Shown here piece by piece: positions 12,579-25,569 of a stretch of 64,000 bases of DNA. The position numbers and the translations under genes were made by a program. The stretch covers positions 15,959,714 to 16,023,713 of the forward strand of contig NC_068993.1 in assembly GCF_001194135.2 (NCBI RefSeq), given 5' to 3'. The stretch's first letter is position 1. Each line of letters begins with the position of its first letter. Below the pieces are notes generated by a model, which saw only the letters and a program-made list of their open reading frames with translations, was not told the origin of the DNA and searched no databases. This DNA is from Octopus bimaculoides (taxonomy: Eukaryota).

Positions 12579-14719
12579 GTTGTTATTATTATGCTGTTGT
12601 TCTTTTGCAATTTATAATTTTTATTCATGTTATTGTTTTTCTAGTTGTTTGTGCTTGTTTTCTTTTGATTGTTGGTGTGTTGGATTTTTTGTGTGTGTGT
12701 GTGTGTGTTTTTGTCACTGTATTTGTTTCTATTTCATGCATTTTTTTATATATATATTTCCTGTTCTTTTCTTTTTTGATTCTCTCTTCAGTTTCTACTG
12801 TCAATGCCACCACCACCGCCGCCACCATAACTACCACTACTACTACTACTACTATCCCGATTACTTAATTTTCTTCCTCTTTAATGATACACTTCCAGAA
12901 GCGATTGAAACGTGGCTGTGATGAGGAAATAATAAACATATACGAACGAANNNNNNNNNNNNNNNNNNNNNNNNNNNNNNNNNNNNNNNNNNNNNNNNNN
13001 NNNNNNNNNNNNNNNNNNNNNNNNNNNNNNNNNNNNNNNNNNNNNNNNNNNNNNNNNNNNNNNNNNNNNNNNNNNNNNNNNNNNNNNNNNNNNNNNNNNN
13101 NNNNNNNNNNNNNNNNNNNNNNNNNNNNNNNNNNNNNNNNNNNNNNNNNNNNNNNNNNNNNNNNNNNNNNNNNNNNNNNNNNNNNNNNNNNNNNNNNNNN
13201 NNNNNNNNNNNNNNNNNNNNNNNNNNNNNNNNNNNNNNNNNNNNNNNNNNNNNNNNNNNNNNNNNNNNNNNNNNNNNNNNNNNNNNNNNNNNNNNNNNNN
13301 NNNNNNNNNNNNNNNNNNNNNNNNNNNNNNNNNNNNNNNNNNNNNNNNNNNNNNNNNNNNNNNNNNNNNNNNNNNNNNNNNNNNNNNNNNNNNNNNNNNN
13401 NNNNNNNNNNNNNNNNNNNNNNNNNNNNNNNNTATATATATATATATGTGTGTGTATGTATGTATGTATGTATGTATGTATATACACACACACTCATGCA
13501 AATATATATAGGATGGAGTACATACACGTGTATATTCGTATCTGACTCAATATAATATGTATTTCTGCAATGTCAGAGCAGGATAGAGCAGACATTTTTA
13601 TTTTTTAATGTTAAACTGCAATGTAAACTTCATGCACACCTGTGATGAGCTATTAACGTTCTCCATTAATATCGACACATCACGGTTTTCTCTCGATGCT
13701 TTATTGCTAATACAAATGTCACTATCAGCTTCTTTATCATGTGAACATGATGAAACCACCGAAATATGTATGTGCGCATGCATGTATGCATCTATGCATA
13801 TATGTATTAACATGTGTATATATATATATATATATATATACATATATATANNNNNNNNNNNNNNNNNNNNNNNNNNNNNNTATATATATATATATATATA
13901 TGTTAATACATATATATATATAATATCAATCGTTCAATTTCAAATTTCGATACACACACACACACACACACCGAAATTTGAAATTAAACGATTGAAATTA
14001 TGAAATCAGCTGATCAGAATGAATTAATTAAATACGTCCCTCAATATCGCCTTCAGGAAATGACTGGAATTTCAAACTACATTCATCAGAATCACTAATA
14101 TCGTGTTGTTGTTGTTGTTGTTGTTGTTGACACCTGTTTATTCATTTATTTATTTGTTTAGCGCCCTGTTCATCCGAATACACGCATCTATATGCAATTG
14201 TGTACACTGTGCTTCTGCGAGTTTTGAACAAAGCGCTGAGTACTTTAACCTCTGGCAATGCTACGTATCTACAACTAAGTGACCTGGTCTTTTAACTAAA
14301 AACCTCTTGATCGCGTAGTGGTCAAGAATACATATAAAGTGAACTCCTCCACAACGTAAACTAGATTGCTCAGAACTTAACGTGTTTGCTTATAGACACA
14401 CATTAGCGGACTATTTTACATTATGTTATCTATTCTCAGACTGAAGTGTTGACAGCTAGATGCCTTAATGAAGAATTTCCAACAGTTTACAGCCAAATGG
14501 ATTGGACTGTTTAGAATTGAATGTCTTATTCCTGTCGTGATGAAGGACACAGTATTGTGAAGTCTTCGACATCGTGGAACCTGTAGCCAGTTAAGTAAAC
14601 TTGAATGTTAAGGATCAAAAGACATGGTAATAGAGATGTTGTAGTGATGTTTCTCTATATTTGCCGCAAATAGACAGAACTATTGACGCTTATGTGACTT
14701 AATCAAGGATGCAATACTG

Positions 14720-14931
14720 GAAACTCATTATTACCAGACGAGTAGACTGGAGCAATGTGAAATGAAGTGTTTTGCCCAAGAACATAGTGCCTGGCCCGGT
14801 CCAGGAATCGAAACCACAATCTTCCGCTCATGAGTACAACACCCCAAACTCTAAACCATGCGCCGGTCCAGGAATCGAAACCACAATCTTACGATCATCA
14901 ATTCATCGCCCTAACCACTAGGCCATGCGCC
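14720..14931 (-). mobile_element. tRNA-derived SINE family C with a tandemly duplicated head
   Basis: Two heads (GGCGCATGG..GGTTTCGATTCCTGGACCGG) at 14863-14931 and 14796-14864 are followed by TGTTCTTGGGCAAAACACTTCATTTCACATTGCTCCAGT, which is shared with the copies at 31441 and 61495. Confidence 0.8.
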
Positions 14932-15623
14932 GATACATTGCGTATACGCATTTCTCATTTAGGCAGTTACATTGTCCTGGCAGTTAAAGCTGCATTTTAA
15001 GTTGAACTTTAGGAAGGAATTTAATGTAAGCACTAGATGCATGTCCCTATTATAATAGACAATTATCTTACGTCATTTACCATAGTATTATCCACGAATT
15101 CGAAAGCAAACGGCTGTTTCCTCATAGATGCAAAAGATGTTAGCCAAAACCGTATGACACCAGATCACAGATGCTAAAAAATTTTGCCCTGTCACTTAAT
15201 GGTCTAGTATAAATCTTTTTTTTTTTTTTCTGCTGTCGGCAAACTTTGTATTTTCATTCTGTCTTCGATAAAAAAAGAATATGAAGTGAAATTGATTTCA
15301 TAGACTCGAGCGTAATTGTGTAAAAATTGGTTTAGTATCCCATTTAAACAGGAAAATATTTTGTGTGTATGTGTGTGTATGTGTGTACATTGTAGTTGCT
15401 ACCAAACACTATTATATAGAAATATGTATTTCAAGTACTTTTATACTTCGAATATACTTATGATTTTCTATGTATTCTTCAATGCATATGTAACACTGAA
15501 ATACATATATCTATGCATATAAATGCATACACTTATACAATAGCCACACATATCGATTGATAGTTAGATATTCATATACATAGATATGTGCGTGTGTGTG
15601 TGTTTATATATATATATACATAT

Positions 15624-15678
<55 letters not shown>

Positions 15679-15948
15679 TATGTGCGTATATTCGTATACG
15701 TACATGCGTACACATGTATATATCTGTACATTATTTGATTTCAATACATTAACAAATATTCATGTGTGCATGAGTATAGATACATAGCCAGAAAGATACA
15801 TATGCATTTTATCACACACCCATCACACACACACACATACATACATACACACATACATACGTACGTACATACATATATACATACAAACATGTGTGTGCGT
15901 GTGTACGTCTGTGTGTGGGGGTTGGTGTGTGGGTGTTTGTGGGTGTGG

Positions 15949-15974
<26 letters not shown>

Positions 15975-15980
<6 letters not shown>

Positions 15981-16138
15981 ACGATGGGATACCTTCAGTT
16001 TCCGTCTATCAAATCCACTCATAAGGCTTTGATCGGCCAGAAGCTATTTTAGAAGACACTTATCTAAGGTGCCAGGCAGTGGCACTCAACCCGCAACCAC
16101 GCGGCTGAAAAGAAAATCTCTTAACTCACATCCACGCT
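15975..16138 (-). mobile_element. tRNA-related SINE family E
   Basis: Homologous to 31270-31428, 37820-37945 and 42410-42565 (GGCACCTTAG..AAGTGTCTTCT..GGCCGATCAAAGCCTT). Confidence 0.7.
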
Positions 16139-16289
16139 NNNNNNNNNNNNNNNNNNNNNNNNNNNNNNNNNNNNNNNNNNNNNNNNNNNNNNNNNNNNNN
16201 NNNNNNNNNNNNNNNNNNNNNNNNNNNNNNNNNNNNNNNNNNNNNNNNNNNNNNNNNNNNNNNNNNNNNNNNNNNNNNNNNNNNNNNNN

Positions 16290-16320
<31 letters not shown>

Positions 16321-16539
16321 ACATACACACACACACCCATACACCCACACACACACAAACATATATATATATATTTTAACAAACGAAGGAGAAAATTCCT
16401 TCAATGGGGTGTAATACATCCAACTCGTACGTCTCTATATATGTATGTATGTGTGTGCGTGTCTTTGTGTCTGTGTTTGTCACAACAGGAGTTGGTGTGT
16501 TTACGTTCCATTATCTTAACGGCAAAAGAGATCCCTTTG

Positions 16540-16670
16540 CAATAAGTACTACGCTTAAAAAATAAGTCCTTGGCCTCGATTTGTTCGACTTAAAACTTTC
16601 AAGGCGGTGCTCCATCATGGACGCAGTCAGATGACTGAAAGACGTACATGAATAAACGAATAAAAGAGTA
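16540..16670 (+). mobile_element. SINE 3' tail fragment
   Basis: CGATTTGTTCGACT..AAGGCGGTGCTCCATCATGG..GACTGAAA is similar to the minus-strand tails at 31195-31245 and 42235-42300. Confidence 0.55.
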
Positions 16671-16807
16671 TATATATATATATATATATATTTATGTGTG
16701 TATGCATGTGTGTGTGTGCGTATGTGTGTGTGCAAGTAAAGAATCAGAGAGAGAGAGCGAAAAGGAGAAAGGAGTAAGAGACACGCGGAAAGACAAGCAG
16801 ACAAGCT

Positions 16808-16858
<51 letters not shown>

Positions 16859-17425
16859 AGGGGGGGAGAGTGAGAGAGACATACATACATACATACATAC
16901 ATACTTACACGCATGCAAAGACTCAAAACGTCTCTGTGCATGACGTAAATATCCACACAAGCGTACTTTTACTTACATTCGTTGTATGTTCGCATCACTT
17001 TGTCTATGTACTTAGAACATTACATGACAGAAGCTGCATTCAAGTCAATCAGCTCTACGTCAATTCTGAGAAGTTACGGAAGACATATTGCCATTCACAG
17101 ATGACATATTGTCTTTCGATAAACGACATTTTGTCTGTCATCCTTAAATATGTATTTTGCCAGTTTCTTGAAAAATATAAAGATAATGAATAAAATAAAA
17201 TCTGAAACAGAGACTTTCGTAGACGTCTCGTTTGTGTATGTATGTATGTATGTATGTATGTATGTATGTATGTATGTATGTATGTATGTATGTATGTATA
17301 AGTGAGTATGCGTATTTATATATGTATATATTTATATGCGCATACATGTACATGTACATTTACACTTATATCTATATATACATACATATGAATATATACA
17401 CATATGCTTATATATAGTGATATAT

Positions 17426-17469
<44 letters not shown>

Positions 17470-18189
17470 TTGCTTATATATAGTGATATATATACTTATA
17501 TACCAGNNNNNNNNNNNNNNNNNNNNNNNNNNNNNNNNNNNNNNNNNNNNNNNNNNNNNNNNNNNNNNNNNNNNNNNNNNNNNNNNNNNNNNNNNNNNNN
17601 NNNNNNNNNNNNNNNNNNNNNNNNNNNNNNNNNNNNNNNNNNNNNNNNNNNNNNNNNNNNNNNNNNNNNNNNNATATAAATATATACTTGCATATATATA
17701 TAAATATTGAAGTGTATGTATGTGTGTGTGTGTGTGTGTGTGTATGTGTGTGTGTGTGTATTTGTGTGTGTGTACACATGTTTGTGTGTATGTACGTATC
17801 TGTGGTTCGAGAAAAATTGGTTGTTGAATAATTCTTGTACATACAATTCACACTCTTGGAATTGCCAAGAAGACAATCAGCCTTAAATAGAGGAAATTTT
17901 CTTGTTAAAACACAAGGAGCTGCGTAAATTGATTTTCTCCTATCGTTTGCTTTTGCAAAAAATATGGGACATTATTTGGCGTGCATCCTTTTAAACTAGT
18001 GGGTCTTGTCTTGTTTACATCATCTTTTTATAAACCATTGTTATTGTCGCTTTGGATTTCTAATTTATTCGTATTGAAATCCCCTAATTATCATAGATTT
18101 TGCAGTTCGTCCACTGCTGTCCCCTGCGTATTGAGCCTTTGACGTACATAACATAAAGTATAGTTATAGTTGTTCAAAATTGATTTAGT

Positions 18190-18480
18190 GTGATAAACAT
18201 GTTATAAGTGACCTGGAGTGCTTGAAGTATGTGTCTGTAGAAAGCTCTTGCACTATCTCATCAGGGTAATCGAAGGTCTTTAGGCCCTTACAATTGGTCC
18301 TAAGTAACTGACAGTGACATTATCAAGAAAATTGTATCTGTTGGTATTATCTCTTCTTTTTGTTATCTATTCAAACGCTTTCTCTATATATTTACGTTGT
18401 TATTTCTTGTTCATTGCATTGCTTCTATCGAGTTAAATGGGATTAATACATTGATATCATTAATATCATCCTCTTTTCTA
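18190..18480 (-). mobile_element. Heavily decayed RLE-type (R4-like) LINE C-terminal remnant
   Basis: Translation INVLIPFNS..EEIIPT..LRLP..YRHILQ loosely parallels IDVAIPFD..IIPIVIGALG..TAHIL. It contains many stops. Confidence 0.35.
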
Positions 18481-18521
18481 TAATTATGATTATTAACAGT
18501 AGTATTCCAGTTTGTAGTACG

Positions 18522-18750
18522 GTGGAGGGAGTTGCTAACACAATGGATAATAAACACACTGGACAATACTTAGTAATATTCTGTCGGTCTTCACTTTCTG
18601 AGTTCAAATTACGCTAAGGTCGGTTTTGCCTTTCATCCTTTTGGGGTCGATGAAATAAATAAGTACCAGTCAAGTACTGGGGTCGATGTAATTGACTTCC
18701 TCACCGCCTATAAAATTGAGGCTTTGTGCCTATATTAGAAAGAATAATTA
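18522..18750 (+). mobile_element. SINE family A
   Basis: Contains TCTGAGTTCAAATT..TTTGCCTTTCATCCTTTTGGGGTCGAT..AAGTACCAGTCAAGTACTGGGGTCGATGTAATTGAC, shared with at least 8 other copies. Confidence 0.85.
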
Positions 18751-19222
18751 TTATTTGCTTTGTATTTGTACAAATTGACTCCAAGTCTCACCCAGAGCCC
18801 TCAAGGGGCAACAACTTAGAAGTTCATGTTGGTGTTATACCTAGTGTGTCATATATTTGGTTTTGCACATAATATTGTTCTACAGAATGTCTAAAGAAAC
18901 ATAAGTTTGTTTTAAACTTTGAGATTACATAGACAGTATTTTATGTAGGCTATGGGTAGTTCCCATGAACACTATCTTTTGAATTTCTGCCATTTTGGAG
19001 TTTCCTGGTATCTGAGCTAGGTAGAAATCAGCCCCTTTTGTTATCATTCCTAGGGCACCTATGTCAACAGGTCTTGAGGTTCCACATTGTGCCAATTTCT
19101 ATTTCAAGATCTTTATGCTTGCTCAGTTTTTGGTAGGTCTTGACAGAAACATTTCTGCCGATTGGGACAGTCACATCAATGAGGAGGCATGATTTTTGTC
19201 TGACGTTTTTCATCCCTTTCGT
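18750..19222 (-). mobile_element. 5'-truncated R4/Dong-clade non-LTR retrotransposon (RLE endonuclease end plus 3' UTR)
   Basis: Translation KSCLLIDVTVPIGRNVSVKTYQKLSKHKDLEIEIGTMWNLKT, a frameshift, then PVDIGALGMITKGADFYLAQIPGNSKMAEIQKIVFMGTTHSLHKILSM with the stop at 18925-18927. This is the typical IDVxxP..K..KYxDL..GALG signature, followed by a TAA-type tail. Confidence 0.85.
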
Positions 19223-19234
19223 CGTTGATGGTTG

Positions 19235-19312
19235 ACCACAGGGGTCGATGTAATCGGCTAGTCCCACTTCTTACAAATTTCAAGCATTCAGCGTACAGTA
19301 GAAAACATTATT
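19235..19312 (+). mobile_element. SINE family A 3' fragment
   Basis: CAGGGGTCGATGTAATCGGCTAGTCCC followed by an ATTA tail. Confidence 0.6.
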
Positions 19313-20929
19313 ACAATTAGTAGTAGTGGCTGTCGTTTGTATAGTAGTAGCAGCAAAAAGTTTAATCACTTGCAGAGTCAGCAGCAGACAGAAAAATCCC
19401 TTATTTTCCTTTAGTTAAGTCCCTTTATTATCTAAAGCTATATCTGACCGATAAGCCTTTCCAGCCCACAACCACCACCTTCAACATATATCATACAAGC
19501 AGTGGGATTGAACGGAAAACCTCGTGGTTACAAACGAACTACTTAAACTCACAACCTTTGCTACGATTACACCGAACACAAAAATGATGAAACTGCGGTC
19601 TTGTAGACTGTATCGATCGATAAACATACTAGACCATAAACCATATATCGAATCGATTACCTGATTGATTCTTTCAAAAACCATATGATTGCTAGTCGAA
19701 CATCATGCTGTCAAAGAAAGACTTTAAGTGCAGCAATAGTCGGACACATCAAATTGAACGAGGTCGCCATTTTCTTTTTTATATTCTTTCTCTTTTTCCT
19801 ATCAGCTTCGCTCAATTTAACGTAACACTCGTCAACATACTGTCTCACTAATTACTTATATGTAACGCATTTTCTACAAAGTGACCCTGTTAATTCTGTG
19901 TTTCTGCATGTTTACGCATATCTACACACACACATATATATGCATATATATACATATATACACACACAAATATATANNNNNNNNNNNNNNNNNNNNNNNN
20001 NNNNNNNNNNNNNNNNNNNNNNNNNNNNNNNNNNNNNNNNNNNNNNNNNNNNNNNNNNNNNNNNNNNNNNNNNNNNNNNNNNNNNNNNNNNNNNNNNNNN
20101 NNNNNNNNNNNNNNNNNNNNNNNNNNNNNNNNNNNNNNNNNNNNNNNNNNNNNNNNNNNNNNNNNNNNNNNNNNNNNNNNNNNNNNNNNNNNNNNNNNNN
20201 NNNNNNNNNNNNNNNNNNNNNNNNNNNNTATATATATATATATAAACACAACTACAAATATACATATAAATACATTTACATAAATAATACTGTATAGATT
20301 AAATATATTATTTATAATAAAAATATATTATAAATGCAAGCATGGCCGTGTGATTAAAATGCTCAAAACTACTATAAGCACATTTTTACCGATCGCGAGG
20401 GAATGCAACTTTCAAAGCTAACCGCCTAAAAACTTTTAATTTAACGGTAAACTAATGGTTTCATAATCAACGCAGTAATCTGCATCTTTTATTCATCAGT
20501 ACACGTATGGTACACTTTTTCAATCACTAAGTTTCAACCATATTTTCTAATATTTGTCATAGCTGCTCCACGATTTTGGCAAAGTCTGTATATATCTACA
20601 ATGATAAGCATAGTATCATGTAACAACAACCATGTTTGATGGCATAAGACACACGGGAATATTAGATGCTGCCCAATTTCATCGGCGCATATTCAGAAAC
20701 AAGATTTTAGTGTATGAAAATTGTAATACAGGAACAGCTTCGCATAGAGGACCGGGGGTGATTTGGGGGACAAATTTTTTCATACGTAATCAAACATTGT
20801 AAGTACGTTAACCTGGAACATAAGCTTTACAATTTCAACGTTCTGTGATTCTTTCTCTGTTGAAAAATTGACAATACAACCATCTGATATGTTTTCATAA
20901 TTTTGAAACAAGGTCAGCAATGTTAAGAG

Positions 20930-21110
20930 AGGATATTAGTCAACTAGAGCGACCCCACTGTTCCTCTGATATATATTTCATCAACGTCGAAAGCCAAAAA
21001 AGAGGCAAAGTCGACTTCGGTGCTATTTGAACCCAGAACGTAAAGAGCCGGAAGAAATGGCATTGAGCTTTTCGTCCATCTCCCTAACAATCCTACTTGC
21101 TCTCCACCTT
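20930..21110 (-). mobile_element. Degenerate SINE family A
   Basis: GGCAAAGTCGACTTCGGTGCTATTTGAACCCAGAACGTAAAG matches the other copies. Confidence 0.7.
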
Positions 21111-21866
21111 CATACAACTATATAATATCTTGGCATAAAGCTAACCATACTCTAACAAGCAGAGAAAAGAAAGCATCAGTTATATTTCGATCGAATTTAT
21201 CACTATTCATTTCTAGATATCAGACTTGGCTGTCCGTATCAGTCTTCATATAGCATTCTTTAACCTATTTATCCGGTCAACATGAGANNNNNNNNNNNNN
21301 NNNNNNNNNNNNNNNNNNNNNNNNNNNNNNNNNNNNNNNNNNNNNNNNNNNNNNNNNNNNNNNNNNNNNNNNNNNNNNNNNNNNNNNNNNNNNNNNNNNN
21401 NNNNNNNNNNNNNNNNNNNNNNNNNNNNNNNNNNNNNNNNNNNNNNNNNNNNNNNNNNNNNNNNNNNNNNNNNNNNNNNNNNNNNNNNNNNNNNNNNNNN
21501 NNNNNNNNNNNNNNNNNNNNNNNNNNNNNNNNNNNNNNNNNNNNNNNNNNNNNNNNNNNNNNNNNNNNNNNNNNNNNNNNNNNNNNNNNNNNNNNNNNNN
21601 NNNNNNNNNNNNNNNNNNNNNNNNNNNNNNNNNNNNNNNNNNNNNNNNNNNNNNNNNNNNNNNNNNNNNNNNNNNNNNNNNNNNNNNNNNNNNNNNNNNN
21701 NNNNNNNNNNNNNNNNNNNNNNNNNNNNNNNNNNNNNNNNNNNNNNNNNNNNNNNNNNNNNNNNNNNNNNNNNNNNNNNNNNNNNNNNNNNNNNNNNNNN
21801 NNNNNNNNNNNNNNNNNNNNNNNNNNNNNNNNNNNNNNNNNNNNNNNNNNNNNNNNNNNNNNNNNN

Positions 21867-21900
<34 letters not shown>

Positions 21901-22634
21901 CATATATGTATATATGTATTTGATATATTTCATATTTATAGCTATGTAATAACTAAACATCGCGTTTGTGCATAGGTATGCATATATGAATATATATATC
22001 TACATATGTATGTATGCATACACAAAGACATACAAGAATATGAGAGAAGGTGTATGACAACCATCATAAATATCTTGAATATGATATATTTGTGGATGTG
22101 TGTGTGGCTATATTCGTATCTGTTTATACTAACTGTCTGAAAATATACACACGCTCATATATGTCCATAAGACGATGTTCTTGTAGACATTATAGTACCG
22201 TAGCATTTTTTACTATTTTATTCCTACGACAAAATGGCTTTCCACACTTGAACAAATACATGTTTAATTTAAGAATCATGGTTATGTTTTAGCTAAGCAT
22301 ACATACATACATACATACATAAGGTTACAGCTGTTTCTGCCGCAGATGCAATGCACATATAGTAGAGTGCTTATGTGTCAGGCTGTACCTTCGCAGAAGC
22401 CTTAAAGATTGGGATCTTCATGTATTACATCCGGACTCCACAATGGATGCATTGCATCCAATAGCAGAAGCAGTTGTAAGCTAATGAAACTCATTACATA
22501 AATTCTTGTTCCCTTGTCGTTTATATTATATCTTATGATAGTCTGAACTCGACTAACTTCTTTTTCTGAACCATCATCGTATTAAGTTCTAACACCTGGT
22601 TATTGCTACCACTATGCCTAAGTGCTATATATAT

Positions 22635-22830
22635 GTGGAGGGGGGGGGAATTTACGAACAAAACAACATACGAAGACAGGCGGTGTAAACAACAAATGGA
22701 TGTATTAGTATAACGCTCGGGAATAGAGAAAGTCTTTAAAATTTCGAGCCTACGCTCTTCAACTAAAAGGAACACAGAAAGAAACAAGGAGAGAAAAAAA
22801 TATAAATGTAGTAGTCAGCGATATATCATG
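22635..22830 (-). mobile_element. PLE-type terminal repeat, family H (degenerate hammerhead core at 22741-22763)
   Basis: Homologous to 38570-38735 (GAGCGTAGGCTCGAAA..CCCGAGCGTTATACTAATACA). The core reads UUGAAGA G..CUC GAAA. Confidence 0.65.
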
Positions 22831-23120
22831 GCGAATATATATATATATATANNNNNNNNNNNNNNNNNNNNNNNNNNNNNNNNNNNNNNNNNNNNNNNNN
22901 NNNNNNNNNNNNNNNNNNNNNNNNNNNNNNNNNNNNNNNNNNNNNNNNNNNNNNNNNNNNNNNNNNNNNNNNNNNNNNNNNNNNNNNNNNNNNNNNNNNN
23001 NNNNNNNNNNNNNNNNNNNNNNNNNNNNNNNNNNNNNNNNNNNNNNNNNNNNNNNNNNNNNNNNNNNNNNNNNNNNNNNNNNNNNNNNNNNNNNNNNNNN
23101 NNNNNNNNNNNNNNNNNNNN

Positions 23121-23262
23121 ACTCTTTCTTCCTGTTTCTGTTGTACCTGTATTTCGAAGGGCGAGACATGTCACTGGCACATTAATTTCACGAGCGGGCT
23201 GTTCCGTTGATCGGAAAAAGTGGAAGCCCTCGTCGGCGTAACCGACGGAGTGTCACGACGAC
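23121..23262 (+). mobile_element. SINE family B 3' half (5' part lost in a gap)
   Basis: Aligns with 50065-50110 and 50195-50270 (TTAATTTCACGAGC..GCTGTTCCGTTGATCGGA..CCCTCGTC..GTAACCGACGGAGTG). Confidence 0.85.
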
Positions 23263-23402
23263 GATATATATACATATATTTATTTATTTATTTATTCTGC
23301 GATACAAATAGAATGATATTTTTATGGCACGCAGATTTGCCCTTAGAACATCAGAAATACTGGATAAATTACCGTTACAAGGTGGGAAAATAATAGTCAG
23401 CA

Positions 23403-23474
23403 AACAGCCAAGGGACTCGAACCCGTATCTTTCAAAGATTACGGATACGTGCTTCGCCATTAAGCTAAACCGCC
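23403..23474 (-). pseudogene. tRNA-like sequence (pseudo-tRNA or SINE head)
   Basis: 72 nt with A box TAGCTTAATGG, D stem GCTT/AAGC, B box GGTTCGAGTCC and T stem GGG/CCC. The acceptor stem is mostly G.U and the anticodon stem does not pair in the canonical register. About 120 nt of unique sequence and a (TAAA)n tail follow at about 23280. Confidence 0.65.
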
Positions 23475-23619
23475 CGCTGACAAATTCACCGCCGAATTTA
23501 AACGCTAAATACTTTAGTTTCATGGAAAAACCATGTTTAGACAAACAAATATTTGTTCATTTATTAAGCATTGAAAATGTGTATTCTATGATACAAATGA
23601 GACGATAATATTTCAAAAG

Positions 23620-23930
23620 CAAAGATGCCGTTAGAGCAGCAGAAAAACTGGGTAAATGTAGTGGTTCGGCAAATAGAAACAAGAAAATAAACACATGGCT
23701 TTAAAGAAATAGTATGGTCGATTTGCTAGATTAAACGCTTCAATGCAGTGCCCCAGCATGGCAGCATCCATAAACGCATTCTTTTTAACATGACAAAAAC
23801 AAATGACCGGAAACTTGTAAAAGATATCAAAGACTACATATTGCATAAGTTTTTTTCGTTTAGAAAGGTTCTTGTGTACAATTTCAGGGAGACTTGTTTA
23901 CTATTTTTAGCAGACTGTACGACCACGTAT
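23620..23930 (+). mobile_element. Possible decayed LINE reverse-transcriptase fragment
   Basis: RK*THGFKE..IC*IKRFNAVPQHG..KLVKDIKDYILHKFFRL loosely resembles QHGFR..LDxxKAFDxVxH..IxSFLxxRxFRV. Confidence 0.3.
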
Positions 23931-24945
23931 GGGTTCCTCTGATTGCCTCTCTTAGTGTTGACGCACTGCGGGGCTTTCCATTTCATGTTACATTTGAATA
24001 TTTTTGACACAGTGTGAATTCAACGTCTACTAAAAACATTATTGAAGTTTACGCAATGCTAAATTTGATCAGCGCGAACTTTAGTAAAAGTGAAGAGAAG
24101 GAGTGGAGAAACGATGCGAAACAAATAAATAACTATGAACAGTCAAAAGACGGGTGACAGACACAGAGACAGCGAGAAAAGTAGAGGCAGACACATCTCT
24201 ACTTATGGATTAAAAATTCGATTATTTTATTTCATATTTCTATATATGTATACTTTATTTATATTTTGGTTGTTTGAACGTGTGTATGTATGTATATATA
24301 TATATATATATATATATANNNNNNNNNNNNNNNNNNNNNNNNNNNNNNNNNNNNNNNNNNNNNNNNNNNNNNNNNNNNNNNNNNNNNNNNNNNNNNNNNN
24401 NNNNNNNNNNNNNNNNNNNNNNNNNNNNNNNNNNNNNNNNNNNNNNNNNNNNNNNNNNNNNNNNNNNNNNNNNNNNNNNNNNNNNNNNNNNNNNNNNNNN
24501 NNNNNNNNNNNNNNNNNNNNNNNNNNNNNNNNNNNNNNNNNNNNNNNNNNNNNNNNNNNNNNNNNNNNNNNNNNNNNNNNNNNNNNNNNNNNNNNNNNNN
24601 NNNNNNNNNNNNNNNNNNNNNNNNNNNNNNNNNNNNNNNNNNNNNNNNNNNNNNNNNNNNNNNNNNNNNNNNNNNNNNNNNNNNNNNNNNNNNNNNNNNN
24701 NNNNNNNNNNNNNNNNNNNNNNNNNNNNNNNNNNNNNNNNNNNNNNNNNNNNNNNNNNNNNNNNNNNNNNNNNNNNNNNNNNNNNNNNNNNNNNNNNNNN
24801 NNNNNNNNNNNNNNNNNNNNNNNNNNNNNNNNNNNNNNNNNNNNNNNNNNNNNNNNNNNNNNNNNNNNNNNNNNNNCATACATACATACATACATACATA
24901 CATACATACATACATACATGCATACATACATACATACTTACAAAT

Positions 24946-25056
24946 AAAAATACCCTGTTGTTGATATTGAAATTCCAATGAAGGAGCCTTGGACCTAGGT
25001 TAGAAACCGGTTCTTTCTCTATTGGCAAGAAATTTTGAAATAAACTGAATAATGAC
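24946..25056 (+). mobile_element. About 110-bp repeat family F embedded in (CATA)n, copy 1
   Basis: AAAATACCCTGTTG..GAAATTCCAATGAAGGAGCCTTGGACCTAGGTTAGAAACCGGTT..CTATTGGCAAGAAAT..AAACTGAATAATGAC. Three copies occur in the window. Confidence 0.85.
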
Positions 25057-25484
25057 ATACATATATACTTATACAACCATATGTATGACACATAAAACTG
25101 GATTATATGAACAGCCTCAAAACACTCAAACTCTACTTGATTCTACCAGCGGCATGTGCTCAGCATGGACAAATGACTCGCATTACATATAAACATATTG
25201 CAACGTAGCTACTTTGCATATTCCATTCTAGAGTCTTTGAATCAATTCCAGAAAGGAAAATGATCGTATACCATTCAAAAGTGGGATTGGCAAATTCCTC
25301 TAACGAAAACATGACAAAACCACAGGACATGAAGTGATCATACATTAAATAACTTCTTTTTGGTTGTGTTATTAACTAAGACATAACNNNNNNNNNNNNN
25401 NNNNNNNNNNNNNNNNNNNNNNNNNNNNNNNNNNNNNNNNNNNNNNNNNNNNNNNNNNNNNNNNNNNNNNNNNNNNNNNNNNNN

Positions 25485-25533
<49 letters not shown>

Positions 25534-25569
25534 GCCACTTCAGCACTGTAACGCGTTGTTGGAGATTTC

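Noticed and set aside
23324-23608. 94-aa ORF MARRFALRT..
   Set aside because: It is the antisense read-through of the tRNA-like element and its flank, with no recognisable domain.
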